From positions 3,680,001 through 3,744,000 of the forward strand of contig CAWAIF010000003.1 of assembly GCA_963782055.1 (NCBI GenBank): a stretch of 64,000 nucleotides of DNA. The letters are read 5' to 3'. The notes beneath the pieces are model-generated. The model was given only the letters and a program-made list of their open reading frames with translations, was not told the DNA's origin and did no database searches. A program made the position numbers and the translations under genes. Position 1 is the first letter of the stretch. Each line of letters opens with the position of its first letter. Positions 21,571 to 31,575 of this stretch are shown here, piece by piece. This DNA is from an uncultured delta proteobacterium (GTDB lineage Bacteria; Myxococcota_A; Polyangia; Polyangiales; Polyangiaceae).

Positions 21571-21772
21571 CGAGCGACTCCTTGTTCGCGCCCGCGCCCG
21601 CTGCGCGGGGGCACCCGCCCAACCCCGCCGCGCGCAGGAGTCCGCAAGGCTGCGAGCGACAGCGAGCACCGCCCGGAGCCGCGCGCAGGGCGCGAAGCGC
21701 CCGAGCACGGCGAGGACGGCCCCGGCCTTGCGGACTCCGAGCACGGCGGGAGCATGCCCTCCCCCGAGCGAG
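21571..21772 (-). ncRNA. Conserved structured leader A (RNA or ssDNA element)
   Basis: Homologous to 57001-57162 and 58042-58242; perfect 14-bp stem 21637-21650/21725-21738. Confidence 0.65.
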
Positions 21773-21775
21773 CCC

Positions 21776-22074
<299 letters not shown>

Positions 22075-22075
22075 T

Positions 22076-22696
22076 ATGCTACGCCGCGTGACCCTCTCCC
22101 TCGGCTCCCTGTGGGATGACGGCGCGCTGGCCCGCGCGTTCGTCGTCCTCGCCGCGCTCGCCATCGCCGGTCTCCTCGCGGCGCTCGTGCGGTCCCGCAC
22201 CGGCCACATCAACGAGCCGGCGTTCGCTGCCCAGCTGCGCAAGCTGGTGACGGCCGGCAATCCGGACCGGGCGATCAAGCTGTGCCACGTCGCGGACTAC
22301 CCCGTCGCCCTCGTCGCGCGCGCCGGGCTGGAGGCGGCGCGCGCTGCGGTGCGCGGGGACGCGATCGAGCTCGGCGCGGGCTACCGGGAGCCGGGGGCCC
22401 GCGATCCGGCCTCCGTCGCTCGCGCCGCGATGAACGCGATGCGCGGCGACGCACGCGCCAACCCGACGCGCGGCTTCCTCCCCGCCAGGGTGCTGGGGGG
22501 GGTCGCCTGCGCGCTGGGCGTGGCCGTGGCGTGGCTGGAGCCAGGATCGACGCCGACGGCCATGCTGATGGTGTCGGGTATCGTCCTCCTGCTCTTCGTG
22601 ACCTGGCAGGTGGCGCGCTCCGACGCGCGCGGGATCGCCGCGGTGACCAGGACCGTCGCGGAGCTCGCCGAGCACCCGGGCATGCGCGCGCAGTAG
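22076..22696 (+). CDS. Membrane protein resembling the N-terminal part of MotA/TolQ/ExbB proteins
   Basis: TM helix, then INEPAFAAQLRKLVTAGNPDRAIKLC...PVALVARAGL, then two short TM helices. Confidence 0.55.
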   Translation: MLRRVTLSLGSLWDDGALARAFVVLAALAIAGLLAALVRSRTGHINEPAFAAQLRKLVTAGNPDRAIKLCHVADYPVALVARAGLEAARAAVRGDAIELGAGYREPGARDPASVARAAMNAMRGDARANPTRGFLPARVLGGVACALGVAVAWLEPGSTPTAMLMVSGIVLLLFVTWQVARSDARGIAAVTRTVAELAEHPGMRAQ

Positions 22697-22718
22697 CGAC
22701 GCGAGCCGACGGCGGAGC

Positions 22719-24309
22719 TCAGGCGAGCGGCCCGACCACCTGCTCCGCGGCGTCCACCAGCGACCGGTCGGCGACGATGCCGGCCACCGCCTCGATGTCG
22801 CGATAGAGCGGGCGGTCCTCGGTCATGGGGGTGACGTACCGGCGCACCTTCGCGAGGGCCGCGCGGACGCCCTTCGCCGGCACGAGCGGCTTGCGCTGGT
22901 CCAGGCCGGCCGCCGCCGTCATGATCTCGATGGCGAGCGCGCTCCGGACGTTGTCCACGATCGTCCTCAGCTTGAGCGCGCTGATCGAGCCCATGCTCAC
23001 GTGATCCTCCTTGCCCGCCGACGACGGGATGGAGTCCACCGACGCCGGGTGGCAGAGCACCTTGTTCTCGCTGACGAGGGAGGCGGAGGCCACCTGCGCG
23101 ATCATGAAGCCGGAGTGCAGGCCGCTGCCGGCGGCGAGGAAGGGCGTCAGGCCGGTGGAGAGCGCCGGGTTGACGAGCTGCTCGACGCGCCGCTCGCTGA
23201 TGTCCGCCAGCTCCGCCACGGCGATGGCGGCGAAGTCCAGCGCGAGGGCCAGCGGCTGGCCGTGGAAGTTGCCGCCGCTGATCAGAATCCGCGGCGCCGT
23301 CCTCGGTGAGGAAGACGCTCGGGTTGTCGGTCACGCTGTTCAGCTCGCGCGAGAGCACCTCGCGCACGAAGGCCAGCGCGTCGCGCGTGGCGCCGTGCAC
23401 CTGGGGCATGCACCGCAGGGAGTAGGCGTCCTGCACCTTCCCGCAGTGCTTGTGGCTCTCCATGATCTCGCTGTCGGTGAGCATGGCGCGGAGGTTCTTG
23501 GCCACCACGAACTGCCCCGGATGCGGGCGGGCGACGTGCAAGCGCTCGTCGAAGGGCCGTGCGGTGCCCTTGAGCGCCTCCAGGCTCATCGCGCCGGCGA
23601 CGTCCGCCGCGGTGGCGAGGCGCTCGGCGTCCAGCAGCGCGAGGGTGCCCAGGGCGGCCATGAGCTGCGTGCCGTTGATGAGGGCCAGCCCCTCCTTCGC
23701 CTCGAGGACCACAGGCTCGATGCCGGCGCTCTTCAGCGCCGCGGCAGAGGGCTGCCAGCGGGGCTCCGGGAGCCCCTCGACCCCGTGCGCGGCAGGGCCT
23801 TCCAGGTGCGCCGCCTCCCCCTCCCCGATCATCGCCAGCGCCAGGTGCGCGAGGGGCGCCAGGTCTCCGGAGGCCCCGACCGACCCACGCGAGGGGATGC
23901 GCGGGACGACACCGCGGTTGAGCATCTCCACCAGGACATCGACCACCGCGGGGCGCACCCCGGAGTGGCCGAGCGCGAGGACCTGCGCGCGAAGGAGCAT
24001 CATCCCGCGCACGACCGCGGGCTCCAGCGGAGCGCCGACGCCCGTCGAGTGCGAGCGGACCAGGTTCCTCTGCAGGGCGCGGATGTCGTGGGCGGAGATC
24101 CGCGTCTCGCTCAGCGCACCGAAGCCGGTGTTGACGCCATAGACGTTGGGCGCCGCGTCCCCGGCGGCGGCGATGGCGTCGACGGCGGCGCGCGACCGGC
24201 GCACGCGCTCGCGGGCCTCGGATCCGAGCTCCACCGGCCGCCCGCGACGCGCCACGTCCTCCAGATCGGCGAGCTGGAGGGGACGGCCTAGAGACACCGC
24301 GGACGCCAT
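22719..24309 (-). pseudogene. hutH: Histidine ammonia-lyase with a +1 frameshift near 23286 (real or sequencing error)
   Basis: YGVNTGFG, GSVGASGDLAPL (MIO), KEGLALINGT, QDAYSLRC in one frame; ISGGNFHG...KEDHVSMG in another; span is 3n+1. Confidence 0.9.
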
Positions 24310-24363
24310 GGCGCCGTCGTATACCATCGCCGCCGCGAAGGCGCCTGTACTATGCTGCGCGCG

Positions 24364-26145
24364 ATGGTGAAGACGGCCCGCCGCCTCGAAGCTGCAGCAA
24401 CGGCCTTCCTCTTGCTCGGTTTCGCGTCCGTGGTGCCCACGGCGGCCCGCGCGGAGGAACCCAAGGGAGCCGCTGCCCCACCCCCCGCCAAGGCGGTGCC
24501 GGCGGCTGCGGCGCCCACCGTCCCGGAGGACCTGCCGCGTCTGGTGGACGACACCGGCCGCTTCCAGTTCCCCAAGTCCAGGACCGACCGGCTCACCATC
24601 CAGATGCACGGCGAGATGCAGCTGCGCGGTCAGGTGATGGGGTCCATCCCGCTCACGCTCACCGCCGGCACGCTCGACGCGAACCCCGGCGCCATCGAGG
24701 GCTCGCTGGGCCAGAAGGCCTACATCACGCAGTGGGTGCGCCTCACGCCGGAGCTGCAGTACCGCAAGTGGCTGAAGGTCGTCGCCCAGCTCAACCTGTT
24801 CCAGGGCTACGTCTTCGGCGACCAGACGCACGAGGTGTGGGCGGACCAGCAGCCGCGCGACAACTCCGGCGACGCCTGGAGCTACGTGCAGCTCCGCTGG
24901 CTGTATGCCGAGCTGCTCACCAAGATCGGCCTCTTCCGCGTGGGCCAGCAGAGCAACCACTGGGGGATGGGGATCCTCGCCAACGACGGCGACCACCCGT
25001 CCTTCTTCGGCGACTACCACGGCGGCAACCTGGTCGAGCAGGTGCTCTTCGCCACCAAGCCGGCGGGCATCGACAGCCCGTACGTCCTCGCCCTCGGCGG
25101 CGACCTCGTCTACTCCGATCCGCAGGCCCGGCTGACACGCGGTGACATCGCGGTGCAGGGCGTGCTCGCCGGCTACTACCAGAAGGGTCCGAACCTGCTC
25201 GGCGTCTTTGCCACGATCCGCAGCCAGACCACCAGCAAGCAGTCCATGTCGGACATCTACGGCTACTCCGACGACATCGTCGCGGGGGTGGTGGACGTCG
25301 CCGGCCACTTCGCGCAGCCGGTGCCCGGCAGCCCGACGGCCTACGTCTACGGCGGGGCCGAGGCCGCCTTCGTGCTCGGGTCCACCAACGAGCTGCGTCA
25401 ACCCGATCAGGCCCTCACCGGCGACAAGACGCGCATCGCCTCCTACGGCGGCGCGGCCAGCCTGGGGGTCGTTCACGCGCGGCGGTGCGGCGACTGCAAG
25501 CGCAACCCCCCGGTGCCGATGCAGAAGTCCCCCCTCGCCGAGAGCGACGAGCCGGACACCTGGGGCGACGTGGCCGCGCAGGTGGAGGTGGGGTACGCCT
25601 CGGGCGACGCCAACCCCTACGACACCACCGAGCACCGCTTCACCTTCGACCCCAACCACCGCGTCGGTCTGGTCCTCTTCGACGAGGTGATGCGCTGGGA
25701 GACGGCGCGCTCCGCCGTCGCGGCGCAGGACCCGCTGCTGCAGAACGGCAACCGGCCGACGCCGGGCGTCAACCTGCTGCCCTCCAACGGCGGCGTCTTC
25801 GGCGCGCAATACGTGTATCCTACAATCGTCGTGCGACCGCGACCGTGGCTGGACCTCAAGGCGGGCGCCGTGTTCGCGCAGACCACCGCCGACCTCGTCG
25901 ACCCTTACCGCCTCGCGACGTCCGGGTCGTACGTCAACTACCGCGGTGGGGAGCCGCGCCGCCACGATCTGGGCATCGAGCTGGATGGCGGCTTCGAGTT
26001 CCGCATCCGCCTGGATCGCTCGCTGCGCCTGCAGCTCGGCGCGCAGGGCGGCGTCTTGTTCCCGGGGGGCGCCTTCGATGACGCCGCCGGCCAGACGATG
26101 CGTACGCCCTGGCTCGCCCAGGCGCGCGTCGGACTGCAGTTTTGA
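24364..26145 (+). CDS. Probable outer-membrane beta-barrel protein
   Basis: Signal peptide ending ARA; amphipathic strands; RVGQQSNHWGMGILANDG; C-terminal RVGLQF. Confidence 0.7.
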   Translation: MVKTARRLEAAATAFLLLGFASVVPTAARAEEPKGAAAPPPAKAVPAAAAPTVPEDLPRLVDDTGRFQFPKSRTDRLTIQMHGEMQLRGQVMGSIPLTLTAGTLDANPGAIEGSLGQKAYITQWVRLTPELQYRKWLKVVAQLNLFQGYVFGDQTHEVWADQQPRDNSGDAWSYVQLRWLYAELLTKIGLFRVGQQSNHWGMGILANDGDHPSFFGDYHGGNLVEQVLFATKPAGIDSPYVLALGGDLVYSDPQARLTRGDIAVQGVLAGYYQKGPNLLGVFATIRSQTTSKQSMSDIYGYSDDIVAGVVDVAGHFAQPVPGSPTAYVYGGAEAAFVLGSTNELRQPDQALTGDKTRIASYGGAASLGVVHARRCGDCKRNPPVPMQKSPLAESDEPDTWGDVAAQVEVGYASGDANPYDTTEHRFTFDPNHRVGLVLFDEVMRWETARSAVAAQDPLLQNGNRPTPGVNLLPSNGGVFGAQYVYPTIVVRPRPWLDLKAGAVFAQTTADLVDPYRLATSGSYVNYRGGEPRRHDLGIELDGGFEFRIRLDRSLRLQLGAQGGVLFPGGAFDDAAGQTMRTPWLAQARVGLQF

Positions 26146-26158
26146 GGCGGAGGTCACC

Positions 26159-29100
26159 ATGAGCATCAAGCGAATCCTCCTGCTCGGCGCCGCCACCGCG
26201 TGGCTCGGCACGTCGTGCACCGTGGACACCATCCCCGACACGCTGGGCGCCACTCCGTCCGGGCCCGGCGCCACCATCGTCTTCCAGCCGACGGCGCAGC
26301 CCCTGCCGCTGATCCCCCTGCCCAACGACGTCGCCACCTTCGCCGACCCGACGAGCCGCACCGGCCGCCGCATCAACGCGAGCATCTTCGCGCCCACGCA
26401 GATGGAGCAGATCGCCCGCATGGGCTTCGACGACATGGAGGGCTGGGGCACCTACGCGCCCATCACCGTCCAGTTCGACAAGCCGCCCGGCGCCGATCCG
26501 TCCAAGCCCGCGCTGGACCTGGACAACATCATCTCGCGGATGCAGCACGACGACTACCGCTTCGACAACGACCCGGTCTACCTCGTCAACCTGAAGACCG
26601 GCGTGCCGATGGTCCTGGACGTCGGGGACGGCAACTTCCCCTACACCGTGCGCGATCCGTACCGCTACTGGCCCAACGACCCGCACGTCGCCAGCGACAA
26701 CCTGCTCTTCGACCCGCGCGAGGAGGGCAAGGGCCTCTTGCCGGGCAACTACACGCCGGCGCTGGACACCGACTTCGACGGCGTGCTCGACCACCCCAAC
26801 ACCTGGGGCCCGGCCAAGCAGTGGGAGGGGATCGACAACCTCCTCACCTGGTACGAGCGGGAGACCGACACCCTCATCGTGCGGCCGCTGCTGCCGCTGG
26901 AGGAGAAGACGGAGTACGCCGTCGTGCTGACCGACAGGCTGACGGGCTCCGACGGCAACCCGGTCAAGAGCCCCTTCGCGCAGGTCTACCACCCGCAGCA
27001 GCGCGAGTCGGTCAAGGTGCTGGAGAGCATCCTCTCCGACGCCTCCCGCAAGAACTACTACGGAGACATCGCCGGCACCGGCCTGCGGCACGTCGCCTTC
27101 GCGTGGACCTTCACCACGCAGCCGACGATCGAGGACATGATCCTCCTGCGCGACGGCCTCTACGGAAAGGGCCCCTTCGCGCGGTTCAAGGACGAGTACC
27201 CGCCGAAGGTGACGCTGCTGCGCGCCGCGGGGAAGGTCAGCGGCGCCGACCAGCCGGCGGACTGGACGAGCGACCCCATCTGCGCGGAGCGCGCGAAGCA
27301 CCCGTACACGGTCTACATCAACGACGCCGACATCCATCAGAGCTTCCTCACGCTCTACAAGGAGGTCTTCGGCTACGACCCCGGCGACGTGAAGGCGCTC
27401 GACGAGGCCAACACCAACGTCGACCACGTCGTCATCGGCACCTACCAGACCCCCTTCCTGGAGGGTGACCCGAAGGGGCAGGACCCCGACGCCCGCTTCC
27501 ACCTGAACTTCAAGACCGGCGAGGGTGACGTCCGCCCGGACACGGCCAGCTTCATGATGGTCATCCCGAAGGCGACCAAGCAGTTCCACCAGCCCTTCCC
27601 CATCGCGCTGTTCGGTCACGGCGTGGGCGGCAACGACACCGAGGCGCTGCTCTACGGCGGCGACTACGCCCGCAACGGCGTCGCCACGGTGACGATCAAC
27701 ATGCCGCAGCACGGCCTGCCCGACGTCAACGACACGGTGCTCGCCAAGACGGAGCTGAGCCAGCGGTGCCTGGTGCCGTGGGTGGACGCCATCTTCACCG
27801 GCCGCGCGCTCGACCGGAACGGTGACGGCTTCGCCGACCCGGGCTGGTGGTGGTGGACGAGCCACATCGCCAACGTCCGCGACAACGTCCGGCAGGGCAC
27901 CCTCGACGAGATGCAGTTCACCCGCATCCTGCGCACCTTCGACGGCAAGACGATGAGCGGGCAGGACTACAACGGGGACGGCAAGGAGGACCTCGCCGGC
28001 GACTTCGACGGCGATGGCGTGCCGGACATCGGCGGCCCGGACGTGGGCATCTACGCCTCCGGCGAGTCGCTCGGCGGCATCATGAGCGAGGTCCAGGGCG
28101 GCATCGACCACCAGCTCACCGGCACCATGCCCATGTCCGGCGGCGGCGGCCTGACCGACATCGGCCTGCGCTCCTACGGCGTGACCGAGTCCTTCAACCA
28201 GCTCATGGGGCCGCTCGTCATCGCCATCCCGGCCTCGCAGCGCCCGCCGAACAAGGACGGCCCGCGGACGAACTGCACCGACACGCAGATGAGCGTGCGC
28301 ATGTTCGCCGAGGACGGCGACGACGTGCCGGAGGTGGAGCTCGCGTGCCTGAACGCCGACGAGGACGCCGCCAACATGACCGTGGTGGTGACCAACATCG
28401 CCACCGGGGAGCGGCACTGCGCGGGCACGCTCGCCGACGGCGGCTTCCGCGTGCCCATCGGCGCGACGTACCTCGACCCGCTCGACATCCAGATCTTCAA
28501 CGCGCCGAACGCCGTGGACTCCTGGGCGAAGTGCGACGTGCTCGACTCCGCGCCGGTGGGTCGCGACATCCGCAAGTTCGAGCAGAAGGCGTCCGTCTAT
28601 CACACCATCTCCGGTGACTCCGCCCCCTGCCCCGACACCGCGACCGAGGGCTGCGCGCAGTTCATGAACCGCTTCTTCCCGGTCGGCTCGCCGCTCGTCG
28701 CGGTGCAGGACGGCATGGGCTACGCGCGCAACACCCCGCAGTTCCGCCGCTTCTGGAACCTGGCGCAGGCCGGCGTGGATCCCGCCGACCCGATCAACTT
28801 CGCGCCGTACTACATGCTGCGCACGCTGCCTGATCCGGACGGCAACCCCTCACCACCGCGCGCGCTCATCGGCGTCAACACGGTGGGCGACGGCTTCGTC
28901 GACATCGAGACCGGCGTCGCCTTCGCGCGGGCGGCGGGGGCGATCCCCTTCCTCCCGCCGGACGATCTCGGCCTCTACCCGGAGTACGCCGACTACGTCA
29001 CCCCGAAGGCGCTCTACGATCAGTACGGCGGTCGCACGCCCAACCAGGTGCTCATCGACGACAACGTCGTCGAGGGCGTCGCGCGCCTGGCGCGGCACCC

Positions 29101-29608
29101 GGCGGGCCCTGCCTGCGGCGTCAACTACGACACCTCCGATCCGGTGACCTGCCCCAAGACGCCGGTACCCGACCCGACGACCTGCAAGAACACCCTCTAC
29201 GACGTGGACTGGGTGAGCGAGGGCCGGCAGAAGTACGACGCGCAGCACCCGCCGGTGCCCCTGCGCCTGGCGCGCATCGCCGGCATGCACGTCGACCCGA
29301 ACGACCCCTCGTCCCTGGAGCGGGCCTGGGCGCCGCGGCTGCAGGGTGTCCCCTTCTCCGCTGACGCCACCGCGTGGCAGGCGACCGACAAGGTGCTCGG
29401 CGTGCTCAACGTCTACGCCGAGCCAGGCGGCAAGCACACGTGGGACGCGCCGGACGCGTGCAAGCTCTGGGACGAGGCCACGTGGGGCGACAACCTGATG
29501 GGCCGCTTCTTCCGCAGCGGCGGGACCGATCCCTACTACCTGTCTCATCCGTCGACGCACGAGTGTCTGGAGACGCTCGACTGCGACTACATGCTCCAGC
29601 AGAAGTAG
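26159..29608 (+). CDS. Large lipoprotein with alpha/beta-hydrolase (lipase-like) core, paralog 1
   Basis: GGAGG RBS; lipobox LGTSC; PLPND; FGHG; GESLGG; GDGFV; GKHTW; several DxD/NGDG motifs. Confidence 0.75.
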   Translation: MSIKRILLLGAATAWLGTSCTVDTIPDTLGATPSGPGATIVFQPTAQPLPLIPLPNDVATFADPTSRTGRRINASIFAPTQMEQIARMGFDDMEGWGTYAPITVQFDKPPGADPSKPALDLDNIISRMQHDDYRFDNDPVYLVNLKTGVPMVLDVGDGNFPYTVRDPYRYWPNDPHVASDNLLFDPREEGKGLLPGNYTPALDTDFDGVLDHPNTWGPAKQWEGIDNLLTWYERETDTLIVRPLLPLEEKTEYAVVLTDRLTGSDGNPVKSPFAQVYHPQQRESVKVLESILSDASRKNYYGDIAGTGLRHVAFAWTFTTQPTIEDMILLRDGLYGKGPFARFKDEYPPKVTLLRAAGKVSGADQPADWTSDPICAERAKHPYTVYINDADIHQSFLTLYKEVFGYDPGDVKALDEANTNVDHVVIGTYQTPFLEGDPKGQDPDARFHLNFKTGEGDVRPDTASFMMVIPKATKQFHQPFPIALFGHGVGGNDTEALLYGGDYARNGVATVTINMPQHGLPDVNDTVLAKTELSQRCLVPWVDAIFTGRALDRNGDGFADPGWWWWTSHIANVRDNVRQGTLDEMQFTRILRTFDGKTMSGQDYNGDGKEDLAGDFDGDGVPDIGGPDVGIYASGESLGGIMSEVQGGIDHQLTGTMPMSGGGGLTDIGLRSYGVTESFNQLMGPLVIAIPASQRPPNKDGPRTNCTDTQMSVRMFAEDGDDVPEVELACLNADEDAANMTVVVTNIATGERHCAGTLADGGFRVPIGATYLDPLDIQIFNAPNAVDSWAKCDVLDSAPVGRDIRKFEQKASVYHTISGDSAPCPDTATEGCAQFMNRFFPVGSPLVAVQDGMGYARNTPQFRRFWNLAQAGVDPADPINFAPYYMLRTLPDPDGNPSPPRALIGVNTVGDGFVDIETGVAFARAAGAIPFLPPDDLGLYPEYADYVTPKALYDQYGGRTPNQVLIDDNVVEGVARLARHPAGPACGVNYDTSDPVTCPKTPVPDPTTCKNTLYDVDWVSEGRQKYDAQHPPVPLRLARIAGMHVDPNDPSSLERAWAPRLQGVPFSADATAWQATDKVLGVLNVYAEPGGKHTWDAPDACKLWDEATWGDNLMGRFFRSGGTDPYYLSHPSTHECLETLDCDYMLQQK

Positions 29609-29690
29609 CGGCCGGCGCGCGGGCGCACGACTTCTTTACGCGCGGCGCCCCGGCGACGGTACGACGCGTGCAACGCACCGCGGCACGACC

Positions 29691-30854
29691 ATGCGACGTG
29701 GTGAATCGACGAGGAACACGCCTGGCGACGCGCCCGCGGCGGGGCGTGGCGTGGCAGTGGTGAGACGCCTTGCCCGGGAGGTCGACCGGCGCATCACCCG
29801 CGGCAACGCGCTGCCCCTCGCGTACACCCTCACCTTCGCCTGCGGCGCGGGCGACTACTTCACCGGCGCAGACGTCGCCTTCACCCTCGTGTACCTGGTC
29901 CCGATCGCGCTGGCCACCTGGTACCGCGCGCGCGTCCACGGCACGGTCGTGGCCGTCCTCTGCGCGTTCTTCGCCACCGGCATCGACGTGGACGACGCCA
30001 GGGCGCAGCACCACTCCCTGGGGCAGCAGCACATCGTCTGGAACGACGGCGGGAGCCTGGTGCTCTTCGTCCTCTTCGTCCTCATCCTGGACGCGCTCCG
30101 CGTCTACGTGCAGCGCGAGGAGCAGGACAAGCGGCTGGCGATCGACCAGCTCCGCCACGCCGAGCGTCTCAACGTGGTGGGCAAGCTCGCCGCCGGCGTC
30201 GCGCACGAGCTGGGCACGCCGCTCAACCTCGTGCTGGGCAACGCCGAGCTCATCGCCGAGGAGGCCGACGCGCCGGAGCCGGTGCGCGCCAGGGCCCGCA
30301 CCATCGTCGATCAGGTGGGGCGGATGACCCGGATCATCCGGCAGCTCCTCACCTTCGCCCGGAAGCGCGGCACTGCGACGGAGTCGGCGGACCTCGCTGC
30401 ATGCGTGCGGGAGGGCACGGCGCTGCTGGTGCCCATGGCGCGCAAGCAGGAGCTGGAGCTGGTCACCGAGATCGCCGACGGGCCCGTCATGGTCCGCGGC
30501 AGCGGCGTGGAGCTCGCGCAGGTGCTGAACAACCTGGTGATCAACGCCATCCAGGCGACGCCCTCCGGCGGGGAGGTGCGCGTCGCGTGCGCCGTGCGCC
30601 CGGGGGACGCGCGGCACCCCCCCACCGCCGCGATGACCGTCTCCGACACCGGCACCGGCATCGCGGCGGAGAACGTGACGCGCATCTTCGACCCCTTCTT
30701 CACCACGAAGGAGGTGGGCGTGGGCACCGGCCTGGGGCTCTCGGTCACGTACGGGATCGTGGAGGACTTCGGCGGGCGGATCGAGGTGGACAGCCGGCTG
30801 GGCGAGGGGACGAGGTTCACGGTGACCCTGCCGCTGGCCGGCGAGGATGCGTAG
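29691..30854 (+). CDS. Membrane sensor histidine kinase (start uncertain, possibly GTG 29751)
   Basis: GVAHELGTPL H-box, NLVINA, DTGTGI, FDPFFTTK, GTGLGLS. Confidence 0.92.
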   Translation: MRRGESTRNTPGDAPAAGRGVAVVRRLAREVDRRITRGNALPLAYTLTFACGAGDYFTGADVAFTLVYLVPIALATWYRARVHGTVVAVLCAFFATGIDVDDARAQHHSLGQQHIVWNDGGSLVLFVLFVLILDALRVYVQREEQDKRLAIDQLRHAERLNVVGKLAAGVAHELGTPLNLVLGNAELIAEEADAPEPVRARARTIVDQVGRMTRIIRQLLTFARKRGTATESADLAACVREGTALLVPMARKQELELVTEIADGPVMVRGSGVELAQVLNNLVINAIQATPSGGEVRVACAVRPGDARHPPTAAMTVSDTGTGIAAENVTRIFDPFFTTKEVGVGTGLGLSVTYGIVEDFGGRIEVDSRLGEGTRFTVTLPLAGEDA

Positions 30855-30878
30855 CGCAGAGGACGCTCGCGCGAGCGG

Positions 30879-31427
30879 CTACTGCTTCTCGTAGGTCCCC
30901 ATCAGCTGCGTCTCGGCGAGGATGTGGCCGGTCATGGCGCGCTCGAGGGTCTGCTTGGTGGGGGCGTGGAGATCGCCCATGCCGGTGTCCAGCGCGTAGA
31001 GCTTGAAGTAGTAGCGGTGGCGGCCGACGGGCGGACAGGGGCCGCGGTAGCCGGGTTGCTTCCAGTCGTTGTTGCCCTCGCGCGCGCCGGTGGGGAGCGT
31101 GGCGTTGGTGGCCGCCTCCGGGAGCCCCGCGGCGAGCACCGGGATGTCGTAGAGCACCCAGTGGACCCACACCGTCCGGGGCGCGCGCGGGTCGGGAGCG
31201 TCGGGGTCGTCGACGATCAGGGCGAAGCTCTGCGTGCCTGGAGGGGCGCCGGTCCACGAGAGCGCGGGGGAGACGTCGACGCCCTGACAGGTGAACCGGC
31301 CGGGGATGGCGCCCTCGCTGGGGAAGCTCGGGGACGTGATGCGAAAGGACAACGGGACACCTCCTGTGGTCTCGGCGGCGCCGAGGACGGTCAGACACGC
31401 GCAGAGGAGCAGGGTCACCGCGTGCAT
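30879..31427 (-). CDS. YbhB/YbcL (PEBP, Raf kinase inhibitor-like) family protein
   Basis: SPALSW, DDPDAP, WVHWVLYDIP, YRGPCPP..HRYYFKLYALD. Confidence 0.92.
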   Translation of the reverse strand: MHAVTLLLCACLTVLGAAETTGGVPLSFRITSPSFPSEGAIPGRFTCQGVDVSPALSWTGAPPGTQSFALIVDDPDAPDPRAPRTVWVHWVLYDIPVLAAGLPEAATNATLPTGAREGNNDWKQPGYRGPCPPVGRHRYYFKLYALDTGMGDLHAPTKQTLERAMTGHILAETQLMGTYEKQ

Positions 31428-31575
31428 GACCTCCCGGAGCAGCAACTGCCGTTCCACACCGCCAGGCCGTCCGTCGCGACCCTGCGCGCCTTCCCGCGCG
31501 CAGCAGCGTCGCACTGGCCGCAAGCCCTGCGGGACGCGCTTCCGACCGAGCCCTCGGACGTGCGACACTGCCGCC

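Noticed and set aside
22381..26451. 1356-aa ORF as a hutH fusion protein
   Set aside because: The N-terminal part is antisense to the barrel gene; hutH starts at 24309 and changes frame near 23286.
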